The position numbers and the translations under genes are program-made. From Asterias rubens (Eukaryota), in contig NC_047081.1 in assembly GCF_902459465.1 (NCBI RefSeq), positions 10,354,001 through 10,418,000 of the forward strand: a stretch of 64,000 nt of DNA, given 5' to 3'. The notes beneath the pieces are model-generated. The model searched no databases. It was given only the letters and a program-made list of their open reading frames with translations, and was not told the DNA's origin. Below, in pieces: positions 40,624 to 53,033 of the stretch; within the stretch, counting starts at the first letter, position 1; every line of letters begins with the position of its first letter.

Positions 40624-40881
40624 GGGTGCATTCGATTAACTTCCCCGGGTCGACCCGGTCTGCCCCGGTACGCTCGAATAGCTTTGACGGCATTCCAGGG
40701 GCTCACCCTGGTCAGCCCCAAGTGCCCAGCTTGTGGAACGGGTCACTTTGGGCCGGCCCGAGGTGCATGATGTCACCACGAGAGGGTGAGTGTGATTGTT
40801 CGATTAGCTCTTGTCAGGGGCTTACCTGGGCAAGTGAGAACCGCGGGGTCGACACTGGGAAGCTAATAATCGAATGCACCC
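40624..40881. mobile_element. GC-rich MITE, 15-bp TIR gggtgcattcgatta, ATT on both flanks (PIF/Harbinger-like)
   Basis: TIR and 3-bp flank duplication read directly; accounts for most of the 130-aa ORF 40626-41018. Confidence 0.75.
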
Positions 40882-43800
40882 ATTGTAAGGCCCCCACTGT
40901 TTTTATAGTCTTAACTTGCATTGTAGTAGGAAATTCTCACACAGTAATTTCTATAGTTGTTATTTCTCACTATGTACTTTGTCTTTGTACTGAATATACA
41001 TGTATGTCTATAGTATAGTACTTAAGCCCAACTTTTATCACACCTTATAGTGGCAGTTAAACAGCATCTTCATTTAAGAGAATTATATCTACCCATAGTG
41101 CCCTATCATAGAGCTTAAGGAGTAAGGGTTTTAAGAGCCTGTGTCTTCAGACAATGTTCCACCCAAGTGGTTGATGTTATTTGGACCCACCCCAATTAGC
41201 CATTTTGAGGTATGGCGGACGTGATTAGGAGTGTACTGTTTGGTTTGGGTGTATACACACAAATTTACCCAAACCTTATAGTGTTGTGTCCGCCATATCT
41301 CAAAAGGCTTAAAGCTCTTCTTGAGCTATTGCAGACACTACATGTATATGAGTGCACTGTTTGGTGACATACAGATTTACCCACACTAGCAGTGCCATAG
41401 TTGTGTATCCCTTTGTACAAATACATCACCAATTGACTTTCAAACATTCAGGGACTTTGTGTTCTTCATAGTAATTATCCTTCATGGTATCAATATATAT
41501 ATATTGCTTTCAAAATTTCACAACTTTCTTCAATAAGGGGGAGGACACGATCTTACACATTTTCTTGTTGATGTACAAACTCATAGAATTTTAGAAAGAA
41601 TATACAGAGGTAATCAAAACTTGTTGTATCTGGTTCACTTCGATATACATGTATCCAAGGATTGTCAGACTCTATTTATAGCCTCAAATTCAGTCTCTGT
41701 CTTCAAAGTATTAGGACATATCTTGATCTTTTTCTCGAGGTTGTCTCTTAAAAGAGAAATCAGTGTATAGTACATTTTTATTTGATAACATTTTAAATTA
41801 ACTGTTATTAACAATCAATTTTTAGGTGGGATGACATTTTTAAAGACAACTAAATCATTACAAAATGTGTAAAGCCTTTTAATATGTGTAGGTTGAATGA
41901 CGACAAAAACACACAAGCATTCACGAGTGAAATACAGCGCTTCTGAGTACAACCTCGTTGGATATGGAGCGCAGACGCGTTATAGTTTTCCATATTCCAC
42001 GAGCGCTTGTGTGATAATGAATTTATCTTCAAGCAAACTTGACGCAAACTAGAACAGCGCATTAGAATCAAGGTTTGAAATGAGCCGTGCAACATGGGTT
42101 TATATCACACTCTTGTTGCTATTGGTCCCCCAATTATAATCAAGGATTCAATTTTGCTTGAAAGTAATAAAAATCAGCCATCTTTAATGGCGGCCATCTT
42201 TGTTTTTTCTTTTTTTGAGTAGATGAGGCTCAGAAGGAGATAACTTTATTAACAATAGACTGTTGATCTTATATGTAGTGATCCCTTCACAGGATTATTT
42301 GGTTATCCTCGGGGAACATGACAAAGATGGCCAATGTACAGATACAAAAGGACGTTTTTTCTGTGGTAGCTTCAATGCATAGTAGACATTGAAATAATTT
42401 TGACTGTAAAATAGTACTGCAATCTTTTGACGCTATGGACAGAAACTTTTACAAAAAATCTGATTTTGAAAAAAAAAAAGTATATTAAACAAAAAAAAGG
42501 AAGACAATTAGGTGCTGCAATTCCGGAGGTGTATTTTAAATTGTAGGAAGGCAGGAAAACACAATAATGCATATTTTATTGAGGCAGGTTTTGTTGTAGC
42601 TTTTCATTTTTTTTTTTTTAAATTGTGGACAGATTTTCAAGTGAGAAGTTTAAGGCAATGTACGTTTAAAAACCAGGCGTAATTATCTGTCTGAGGTCAT
42701 TGAGGGCGTGTCGAAAACAATGACTTCGGCTACGGCTACGGCTAGATCGCGTGCGTCTGCCTATTCTTCAACACTGGCAGACGCGCTGATCTAGCCGTAG
42801 CTGTAGCCGATGTTGCCGTTTCGGACATGTCCTTGTCTGCAAAGGTAAACCACCGGTTACCACTACATGCCAAGTGGATAATTATTTAAAAAGATTATTG
42901 GACAAGTTTTGGTCAATGTCTGATTGTAATGAAGAACTTAAGTATTTTAAAAGCAATGTTAATTGACAACATCGATAGACCTTATGTAAATGACAACATT
43001 TTAGTTGGACTCCCCTCGTCTCTTGAGGTCAAGGGGGAGGGGGCAACAATACTGCAGGTTTTGTAGCTCACAACATTTACTGGACTAGAATTTAAATGAA
43101 AAGAAAACAATTCCTGTATTGAAAAATTTAAAAGTTTGAATTTGAAAAAGCGGCCTGAAGAGAAGATTTATCTCATGTTGTATTGTGGACAAAGTATTCT
43201 TCAAGAACATACATTATCAGACTGAAAGTCAACATTTGAACATAAACGCAACACCACTGGAATCTGGATCTGCAGTCCAGTCTGCATCTTCAGATTTCCA
43301 TGAGCCTTTTTCAAAAATGGTGGACACTATGGGGTTGCACTGTTTGGATATGATCAAATTTACCCAAGTATTGTGTCTGCCAAACATCAAAAAGGCTAAT
43401 TGTTTTGCCATCTATTGGTTTACCTCCAAGATGGCAGATTGTTGATGTCAATGCTGAAGGTTTTTATGAATGGTTGTCTTTCCACTTTCATGGTTAGGTA
43501 CAACTTTTAGGAAACATTTCCAGGCACGTACCCTATAATGGTGGGCCTTTACTCATTTGTTTAGTACTCACTCATTTTTCTATTTATTATAATGGTAAAA
43601 GTTGTGCAATAATATTAAACCAGCACACACTACAACCTTGGCGTACTGTGATTGATTTTTGTTTACTTGAGCATGTTTTTGTTACAATTCTTTGCAGTTG
43701 AGGAAGTAGGATTGTAGCTTCTTTAGCGACATAGCCAGACATTCTGATGGGTGGGGGAAGTTTGGCAAAGATACAGTTTTGGGGGCTTTTTGATTTACTG

Positions 43801-44937
43801 ACCGATTCACTTTTTTTCGTTGGGTTGGGGAACTCCAGAAATTTTGCGAAGAAAAATGAATAATTTAAAACTGTTTGTAATTTTATGTGCAGATACCTCT
43901 TGAATCCAGTTCTCACTACACAGCGCCCTCTATTGTGGTGGTTTTGATCCCAAACTTCTACCTGTTGAAGCAAGTGTGCCATTTTCCAGCGCAGCAGTCG
44001 GCGCCCCACGTAACGAATTCGTGAAAATGACATGTCCTAAATATCTAGACCGGTTTAAAAACAATACTACGACCGCCATTATCTCTTCCACCAGGCTCTG
44101 GTGTGGCAATTTATTGATGGGCGTTTGACTGGCCGACTAAACACGCAAGAAAACTAAGTGCTCAAACTTACCCATAAACTCTCTGGGATGCATGTTTGCT
44201 CTCTTCCCACTCCAGATATAATGTGCCGAAAATCGTGTCAAGCTCTATAACAAGGGTCGCTTTCACAAAGCGAATTGTGGTTACATCATAACATTTATTG
44301 TCCGCACGAATTGAAGAACATACCTGCACTATGCACAACTTGTCACCTGTTCCACGCCCACCTAGTCTTCACCTCAGCTCTTACATGCATCTAAAAGTGG
44401 ACTTTGCCGAGTACCAGCTTAGATGTAAAATACAATTTTGAAGAAGTTGTTTGCACTCATGTGGTATCTTGAACTTTAAGTTGAATTGAAGGTCCCATTT
44501 CAAACTCAATGTGTATCCTCAACGCAGACGATAAATAAAGCAGGTTAAAAGTGTGAAGTTTCGGTTGGGAACCGGTTCAAGCCGGATCACTGAAGTATTC
44601 TTTCGCGATCGGTAAGTAGTTGTTTACATATTTTTTCCACACGATAAACCATGATTTGGGGGAAAAGTTTTATTGAGATAAAAGCAAATAAGCGAAATTC
44701 GAATAAGATTTAACCCAAAGATGAAAACTAAGGATCAATAATCTAAGCAAAACTATGTTTTTTGATCAGAGCGGAGGAATATAGTCACAAGTGTGCGCCA
44801 TGTTTTAGTTGAGTGAGAGGGTGGCGTGACATGACCCGGAACTACGTCTGAAAAGTGGACGTTGCCGTTTCGAGTGGTAGACTATCTTGTACGTGATTGG
44901 TAACAAAGAAACAAAACAAGCATTGTGTGTTTAATAA

Positions 44938-45431
44938 GGGAATCAATGTGTGGTGAAGAGATTTTCAACTAGTGGTTTAATCCCGCCGAGGAGGATTGGT
45001 TCGTGATAATTTTACCGAGACGAAGTCGAGGTAAATTATCAAGAACCAGGCCTCGGCGGGTTTAAACCACTAGATGAAAACCGATTCAACACACTTTGAT
45101 TCCCATTCATAAATACCTTTTCGGTCAAAAACACTTGCAAAAAATTTAACTGTTCGATGATTTCTTTCAACACAACACCCCTCCAGCTATGAAATGGTAA
45201 GGCCCTCGGGTAAACAACTCCTTGTAAGGAGATGCTGTGCGTATCGCGTGATGTGGCACAACTGTTCCACCCGTTGCTCTCGACCAATAGGAATGAAGAA
45301 ATTGTCTTATAAGCACAGGTGCAAGCTCGCGTGTCAACACTTTTTACTGGTCATTATCACCGGTTTAAACACCCCACGTGACGCGCTCTCCACCAATAGG
45401 AATAGCGAAACTGTCTAAGGTATTTATGAAT
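44938..45431. mobile_element. Non-autonomous element with a long terminal hairpin (44938-45104) and a short outer inverted repeat
   Basis: ~80-bp imperfect arms around gagacgaagtcga; attcataaatacc (45105-45117) is inverted at 45419-45431. Confidence 0.55.
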
Positions 45432-46518
45432 TTCTTATAATATAGTGTTTATTTTACAAATGACAAAATTGTTACAATAATAATGTTTTATTTAAACTAT
45501 GTACAATTTCCTTCTGAAATAATTTTAAAGTGTAAACTACCAAAACAATATTACTTTTTGAAGAAAAAAAAGACAATACAAATACCAATAACAGCTATGC
45601 TAAACCATACATAATATTTTTGCAAAAACGCAAGGATCTAAATTTCTTTGAAACATAAATTCATCTAGAAGCATTCAATACAACAATTAGGCAAAGCAAT
45701 AGAAATAATTACTGTTTTCAGAAAACAATGTATTATTGGGACTCACAAATAAAAATTCAATTGATGACATCATGATGCAACAAAACATGTTAATTTAAAC
45801 ACACGTTTTTTTGGGGGATTTTCAAATTTGATCGTGGATGAAATTGTAAACACATTTCGTTTGGGAAGTGACTACTATAAACTGACTGTTTTTCAAAATG
45901 AGTTTTGAACATTTTTTGTTTATTTTGTGTTTCTTTAAACTCTGTTGAAAAAACAACTGAAACGGAATCCCAACAAGTAACAAACCTTTGGTAAACAGTG
46001 GAAGGATTTTTCCTAAAGGTTAACTGGTTCTACATCAACTTGCATGTTTGACACATATTATCACGTTCCACGAATTATACCTACACAATTATGAAAAAAT
46101 AGATATATATTGAAAGCTTAAAGCAATTGGACCCTTTCGGTACAGAAAAAAAAAAAAGTTCACAGATTTACAAATAATTTACAGGGTTTACAGAAGGTAA
46201 TGGTGAAAGACTTCTCTTAAAATGAAATGCTTTACTTTTTGAGAAAATGGTAAAACAATATAAATTCTCGTTAGCGAGAATTACGGATTTGTTATAAACA
46301 CATGTCATGACACGGCGAAACGCGCGAAAACAGGAGTGGGTTTTCCCGTTATTTTCTCCTGACTCCGATGTCCGATTGAGCCTAAATTTCCAAAGGATTG
46401 TTATTTTATATATAAGTTGTGATACACGAAGTGTGGGACTTGGACAATACTGTTTACCGAAAGTGTATAATGGCTTTAAAAAGCTATAATTTTAGTTTGC
46501 AAAAAAAATAGTTAATGA

Positions 46519-46556
46519 CCTGACATTTCGACCCTAGCAGAGTCTTTCTCAAAGGC
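46519..46556 (-). ncRNA. Variant-core hammerhead-like Penelope terminus
   Basis: AGCCT-TTGAGAAA-GACTCT-gct-AGGGTC-GAAA-TGTC-AGG; related copies at 6720-6752 (-), 27667-27692 (+, truncated) and 60354-60400 (+). Confidence 0.45.
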
Positions 46557-47908
46557 TGAATGACCACACAATATGATTATTTGTTAACTATACATTGTTA
46601 CCCTGTAATGTGTTAGTAAAGCCTTGACACCTAGATTAGTTCAACAACCATTTTAAACCTGTGTACATGGAAAATTATATCAATAAATACAAAGCCAGGA
46701 ATATTTTAAGAATTTTAAATTCTTTAATGCTTTTTTTACACTAAACAAGTTCATGATAATCGGTAATACCTGATTGTGGTGACTATAAAGGGTGAATTTT
46801 GAGACCACAGCATGTGTTCCAATCACTTGTCAATTTCTATATACCTTTTATGTTGATAAACACTCCGCGCTGGTTGGCATATGTTGGGAAAATAAATTAT
46901 CAGGTAATTAGCTGTTGTGACCAAATTCAAAATTTCTGGATTTTTCAATATAACAACAAGAATCGGTTGCTTTGTTTTCCAACAAATACAGCATTATTTT
47001 TGAATGTTTTGTGTAACATTTTTACAAAGAAAGTTGTTGCTTGTCATTAATGGTTTCTCATAGTTTTCTATGCTTGGATGGCAAAAACTTGATGTTGCAA
47101 CAAAAAGCTCTATTGTCCCCTGTCGCTAGGAAAAAACAGAATTGGACGAGTGAGTAGGGCGCTAGCTATTGTCTCAAAAAGTCCCCCAATTATAATTACT
47201 GTTAAAGTTGATTTTTCCTGCACATGGTTGTAGTTCAGTTTGACAAAACCTTGCAAAATAAGGTAACTGTTCAAAAGACAAAATATCCTTCTTTCAGAAG
47301 TTTTAATGAATACAAATTTTAACACATTTTCTTTTTTCAACCTGGTCTCTTGAGTCATTTTTTACGAATAACAGTGCAAAGTTCAAATTTCCAAAGTCAA
47401 TTAATCTTCTTTCAAGTTAAATGAATACAAAATTTAGCGCCTTTTCTTTTTTTCAACTTTATTTTCTAAAGGTCTGAAATACTACCTAACCGTGCACACA
47501 CAACTATGCACTCAGCTCAAATAGGGCATGTAGTCTAACTCAAAGAGTCTTGAGCCGCAAAGCACTTTTCTGCAAGAACAATTTAATTGCTTGAATAGGC
47601 ACTAAGACATAATGCAGAAGCGCATACAGGTCGAGCATGGTGGATTGCTAAGAAGACATTGCTCCGATTTGCAGCGATTTTCTGCTTGGGGAAAAAAGGC
47701 CCATTAGCACAGAAGCAAATGCTATGGTCAGATAAACATGGCATTTACATGTCAAATTGATATGAACTAAGCACAGCCACTTTTGAAAGCCACACTGTAC
47801 ATATCACCATGAGCAGAAAATAATTCAAGTTAGCAGACGTACCAACTATAAAGTAAGCATATTTCTTTGCACTTAATATTATAACATCTAAAGTCTGAAT
47901 ACCTTCTT

Positions 47909-48257
47909 TTAAAGGCAGTGGACACTATTGGTAATTACTCAAAATAATTATTAGCATAAAACCTTACTTGGTAACAAGTAATGGGGAGAGGTTGATAGTA
48001 TAAAACATTGTGAGTTCTTGAGAAAGAAGTAGTTTTCCACGAATTTGATTTTGAGACCTCAGATTTAGAATTTGAGGTCTCAAAATCAAGCATCTGAAAG
48101 CACACAACTTCGTGTGACAAGGGTGTTTTTTCTGTCATCATTATCTCGCAACTTTGAGCTCAAATTTTCACAGGTGTGTTGTTTTATGCATATGTTGAGA
48201 TACACCAAGTGAGAAGACTGGTCTTTGACAATTACCAATAGTGTCCACTGCCTTTAA
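47909..48257 (+). mobile_element. MITE family A copy
   Basis: Near-perfect TIRs and TTAA TSD. Confidence 0.85.
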
Positions 48258-49295
48258 GAGATCTAAACCAAAATGTACAACTGCCCATGATACAATACAA
48301 TGGCTTTCACAATAAACCTACAACTAAACAATTTTTCTGTACATATTTATGAAAGCAAAAGAAGCGTTACAAGACTACAACTGACAGTTACATTTAAATT
48401 TATAGACATTTTACAAGTTTGCTTTCATTTAAAGTGAAGGTAAAACACTATAGATGAGCAAAGCGGCACTTGACATGAACATTTCAGTTGGAGGAAATTT
48501 TCAGTAAAAAAAAAAAAACGCATGTATAACATTCCCACTTTCAGTTTTTTCAATAATTTTGTTTTTAGATTTTTGAAGTCAAGCCAAAGCCACCTTTTCG
48601 AAGAAAAAAAAGGACATTTTTCTAAATACTTAAATTTCTCAGGACAAAATTATCAGTCAATGATAATGATAATTAAGATTGTGTCCATTTCTACATCATG
48701 ACATCAACTACTTCTTGATACCTTCACTTTTAATGAAACCTAAAAAAACAGAAGAATTAACCCAATCTATCCAGGCTCTATTTTCCACCTCTTTTAAATA
48801 TATCATACTCCAGGCCAGTTAAACTGGCAGATTTCAATACCCCAAAGAAAAACAAAAAACCTCCACAAAACAAGAATTTTAAAATAAGTTTACATTTTGG
48901 TTCCCCTCTCTCATGTACAATATAAAACAAAAATAGGTTTCAATTTATCTCACGTAAAATTATAAAAAATATGACTTGGACCATTTCTCAACCAACTTCA
49001 TCAACTCAAAGTGTTCTTGATTTTGTTTTTTAGTGTGAGAGCCTTGTGCACCAAGGCAATGAATGACCTGGGGCAGTTCCGCACTCAGCCACGGTTGTGT
49101 CTGGTAGTGGACACTGATAGTGCAAGGCCGATCAAAATCGACAGATATGGCTTCGTTTGGCCACTGGGTTTTTTCTTATTTTCTTTTTAAAAATCATTAT
49201 ATAATTCACCAGCCACAGCCGTCACAAAAACTACCTTATCAATTGTTAATTTCCAAGAGCTATGCCCCAAATGTTACTGAGAAATCGTGGCCAAG

Positions 49296-49399
49296 TTACC
49301 TGCTTTGAATACTTGCTCTTGTCCAGCCGCTCGGGGGTTGGCTGGTGGGGAAGAGCGACAAGTTTGTCTGGCCGATGCCTGCTGGGGGCAACAGACCAC
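49296..49399 (-). CDS. Pax probable terminal exon (GGLLPPAGIGQTNLSLFPTSQPPSGWTRASIQSR*)
   Basis: ctctatag| acceptor in phase 1; TAA at 49298-49296. A donor-like AG|gtaact overlaps the stop, so a further exon cannot be excluded. Confidence 0.7.
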
Positions 49400-49560
49400 C
49401 TATAGAGGGCGACAAACAGCACACACATTCAGATGTATATTTTAGCCTGCTAAGTGCGAACACATAATAGTGAACAAAAAAGTGCGAAACCAAGTGTTGA
49501 AGAGACCCTTTCTACATGGGGCATATAATTTGTCTTGAAAAGCTTGATACATAGAACTCA

Positions 49561-49710
49561 GGGAAGAACTGGCTCTGGGAAGAACTGGTACTTGGAAGAA
49601 CTGGTTCTTGGAAGAACTGGTTCTGGGTTGAACTGGTTCTGGGTTGAACTGGTTTAGGGAAGAACTGGTTCTGGGTAGAACTGGTTCAAGGAAGAACTGG
49701 TTCAGGAACT
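49561..49710. repeat. 16-bp minisatellite, ~9 copies (gggaagaactggttct)
   Basis: Period-16 array counted directly; lies in the last Pax intron. Confidence 0.92.
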
Positions 49711-49811
49711 GAGAAAAAAATTTGGTTGATGCGTACGGATATCAATCGCGGACTATTGTCCTCCCAAAATTGTTTGATTCTCGGTTCTACTAAGCGTTTT
49801 GTGAGTAGTAC

Positions 49812-49976
49812 CTTGAGTGTAGGTTACCCCTGGCTCTGCTTTAATGAATGAGTTTGCGGTTGACACAGGCATCTGATGACCCAGCACAGAGGCTGGCTTC
49901 AGCTCAATGAAGACAGCGCCCTCTGCATCATCTTCAGGACTGATGGCACTGGCCGCTTCTTTTGGAGATTTTTGTT
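49812..49976 (-). CDS. Pax exon F (EQKSPKEAASAISPEDDAEGAVFIELKP...IKAEPGVTYTQ)
   Basis: cttctcag| and G|gtacta; phase 1 to 1; open frame. Confidence 0.75.
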
Positions 49977-50217
49977 CTGAGAAGACAAGTAAAAAAAGAC
50001 CGGGTTAGTAATATGAAGACCTTTCTGAAATTATTCTCAAAAACAAAAATGAAACCTAATAACTATTTAAAAAAAAAAAATTGTAGATTTGTGTTCGAAG
50101 AAGTTTTATGAAAACCTGTTAAATAATCGAATGGAACAAAGTGACAGACAACCAGCACCCATATTACAGAGGACCCTCGTTACTGGTGCCCATGTGTGAA
50201 CAGGCCTTAAATCTCAC

Positions 50218-50350
50218 CTGTGTTTGTTGCCAGCTGTACTGGAGTGTTAGGTATCTCACCGCTTGCACCCTTCATTGACGAGAGGACAGAGACTGGGGTC
50301 AGTGGTGGGAGGTTCGACAGTTGGAGTTGTGTAGATTGACTGGTCATGCT
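50218..50350 (-). CDS. Pax exon E (SMTSQSTQLQLSNLPPLTPVSVLSS...LATNT)
   Basis: ctctacag| and G|gtgaga; LPPLTP resembles the Pax2/5/8 C-terminal (Y/L)PxLTP segment. Confidence 0.8.
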
Positions 50351-50760
50351 CTGTAGAGAGTGGGGAAACAAACAAAACTCATGTAGTTGCCATCTTAAAA
50401 TTGTGGTTTATTACTTGTCATTTTGAAATAAAAATTTGCATCCCCTTAAAAGTGATTCCTCTGCTGCCACGTCCCAGGTTGTATCGTAAACTTTGGTGTG
50501 ATCCGTGGCTTCACGGAAGTGACGGGTTGAATGACAAAGATATTGACAACATACGGCGACCGCAAAATAAGGGCTAGATATATCAGTTGGTAGAGCTCCG
50601 GGTGGAGGTCAGAGATTCAAGTCCAGCTCCTAAAATTATCTTTGAATTCAGTCATCAAAGTCTATTCTCTAAAGTGCATCCTTTGAAATGATTATTCTCA
50701 AGAAAAAGGTAGCCCAGTCCCCCTTCTGGGAACCCTTTCTTTGTCAAAAAATTTGCTTAC

Positions 50761-51029
50761 CAGAAGTTGCTGCTGGTAGTAATTACTGGAGTCCGGGTTA
50801 AACGTACTGCTGTCCAGTGGCAGACGGAAGATCTTCTGAGTGGCCTCGTCCTTAACGAGGACCCCGCCGCCCCCGTACCCGACCAGCGAGGCAAGATTTG
50901 TGGGCCCTGAGCCCAGGTGGATGTAGGGCATCTGTAATTGGTTCATGCTGGCTGTGGTCGTAACAGTGTTCACGGGCTTGTTTGAGCTGTACTGCATCGT
51001 TCCCAGGCGTGTCAACGTTGAGGCAACTT
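50761..51029 (-). CDS. Pax exon D (EVASTLTRLGTMQYSS...SNYYQQQLL)
   Basis: ttttatag| acceptor, |gtaagc donor, open frame, higher GC; phases 1 and 0 fit the neighbours. Confidence 0.8.
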
Positions 51030-52308
51030 CTATAAAATGTGAGAAACAGTTTTGGGGATAGTGTGGTGAGATTTTTCATTTGTTAATTTGTACTGGTTGT
51101 GAAGTCAAGGACTCTCAGAAAAAGTGAACTTAGAGAAGTTAAACATTTAGATTTGGGAGGAAATCAGACTAAAGTAGGAAGAATATCAGGCTGAATAAAT
51201 TAGTGATTGTTGTTATATCTGCCTTGGGATGAGACCATAGCCCCCCCCCCCCCCTCCCCCCCAAAAAGTGCAAAGTCTACTTTAACCAAGTAAAGATATG
51301 CTCCCTCTGAAGTAACATAGTTTTTGAGAAAGGTAATTTCACACTCAAATATTACAAGACTTCAGGCTGGACGCCATTTCAGGCATCTTAAGGCACACAA
51401 ATTTATGCAACAAGGGCATTTTTTCTTTCATTATTCTCTTGCAACTTCGATGACAAATTGAGTCAAAATTATCAAAGATTTGTTATTCATGCATAATGTC
51501 GGGATACACTAAGTGAGAAGACTGGTCTTTGACAATAATACCAAACGTGTCCAGTGCCTTTAAAGCCTTGAGCATTCTTATGATATATTCTGTAAATATC
51601 ATCAATTTTCTTGCCTTTAAATAAAAGCAGACTGGGACCTGCAGAATTGCACCTACATGTACTACAATAAATTATTAACTTCAGACTAAAAATGAACTTC
51701 GTACCCCGAAGGAACTTTTAAAAATTCATAGCATGAACCACTGTCGATATCCAAAAGCTACTGAACATTTTCCACTGGCAAAAGAATACATACATATGAA
51801 TAAAAATGTTAATTTCTCTAAGCATGCATATTTCAGCACCCTGCTAAAAAACCTGCAAAAGGACTCTGGATAACTCCGTACAGCTGAAGTGCAAGGTCCA
51901 GTGATCACAAGTTCATTATATTGAAAAAGTGCACTGGAGTGAAAACAGTTGATGCAAATCGTCAGCCCATCATTCTCTGAAAATTATTCATTCTTGGGCA
52001 GGTCTACGGCAGCTGTTGTATTTTAGACGTCTGCCTGAAATCCAGTCGCAAATTGCCATCTTGCATTTACACCATTAGATTCCATTGCAGTGCTACTTAT
52101 TTCATGTCCAGGTTCCAAGACTGCTAGCTCAAAGGAAGAGCTAGTGGTTTAATGGTTGTCACCTTAAAGGTTGTTTTAATCTACAAAATCTAGCCTGCGA
52201 AAATTTTTGTTTCAAAAAGTGCTTCAATAATTTTGAATCCTTCTCTCTTAAACCACGTTTTTAAGGGTATTGTTTCTCAAAATCTTAAACATTATCAACA
52301 GCTGAATG

Positions 52309-52579
52309 CCCAGGTCAAAATTCCAGTTGAACCTAGTTAACTGGGGTCAACTGGTTCAACTGGATAGTGACCAAACTCGTCCATTTTCCATATTAACCAA
52401 CTGGTTTGAACTAGGTTTAACTGTGTTCAACTAGGTTGAAATTATAAACCAGTTGGTTTCTGTCCATTTTCCATATTAAACCAACTGGTTTTAACTGTGT
52501 TTAACTAGTTTATCAACTGGTTTCAACTAGTTCCAGTTAAACCCAGTTTAACTAGGTTCAACTGGAATTTTGACCTGGG
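52309..52579. mobile_element. MITE with 32-bp perfect TIR, built of aactggtt/aactaggtt subrepeats
   Basis: cccaggtcaaaattccagttgaacctagttaa ... ttaactaggttcaactggaattttgacctggg. Confidence 0.85.
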
Positions 52580-52643
52580 TGGCTTAACACTAATCTATAA
52601 GTTTTAATTTGTTTGAGTTATTACCAAAGGGTATACCCTTCCT

Positions 52644-53033
52644 TTAAAGGAACACGTTGCCTTGGATCGGACGAGTTGGTCTAAAAAAAAACTGCTTGAA
52701 ACCGTTTGTTATAAAATGCATGGTTAGAAAGAGGTTTTAAAAGTAGAATATAATGATCCACACAAATTTGCCTCGAAATTTCGTGGTTTTCCTTTTACCT
52801 CGTCAACAAACACGGTCGGCCATTTATGGGAGTCAAATTTTTGACTCCCATAAATGGCTGAATGGTTAGTTCGCAAATTAAAAACCACGCAATTTCGAGG
52901 CAAATTTGTGTAGATCATTGTATTCTACTTTTACAACATCTTTCTAACCGTATGCATTTTTTTTTTTAAACGGTTCCAAACGCTTTTTATAGACCAATCA
53001 AAGGCAACGATCAAAGGCAACTTGTTCCTATAA
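52644..53033. mobile_element. Foldback MITE with a TTAA-AGG start (Kolobok/T2-like)
   Basis: The whole element is an imperfect palindrome centred on gccatttatgggagtcaaatttttgactcccataaatggc (~52819-52858). Confidence 0.8.

Noticed and set aside
43587-44033. 148-aa minus-strand ORF in the intergenic gap
   Set aside because: No recognisable motif, AT-rich composition, no consistent splice partners.
49561-49710. Regular short repeats as a possible CRISPR array
   Set aside because: Head-to-tail 16-bp minisatellite with no spacers, in a eukaryotic intron.
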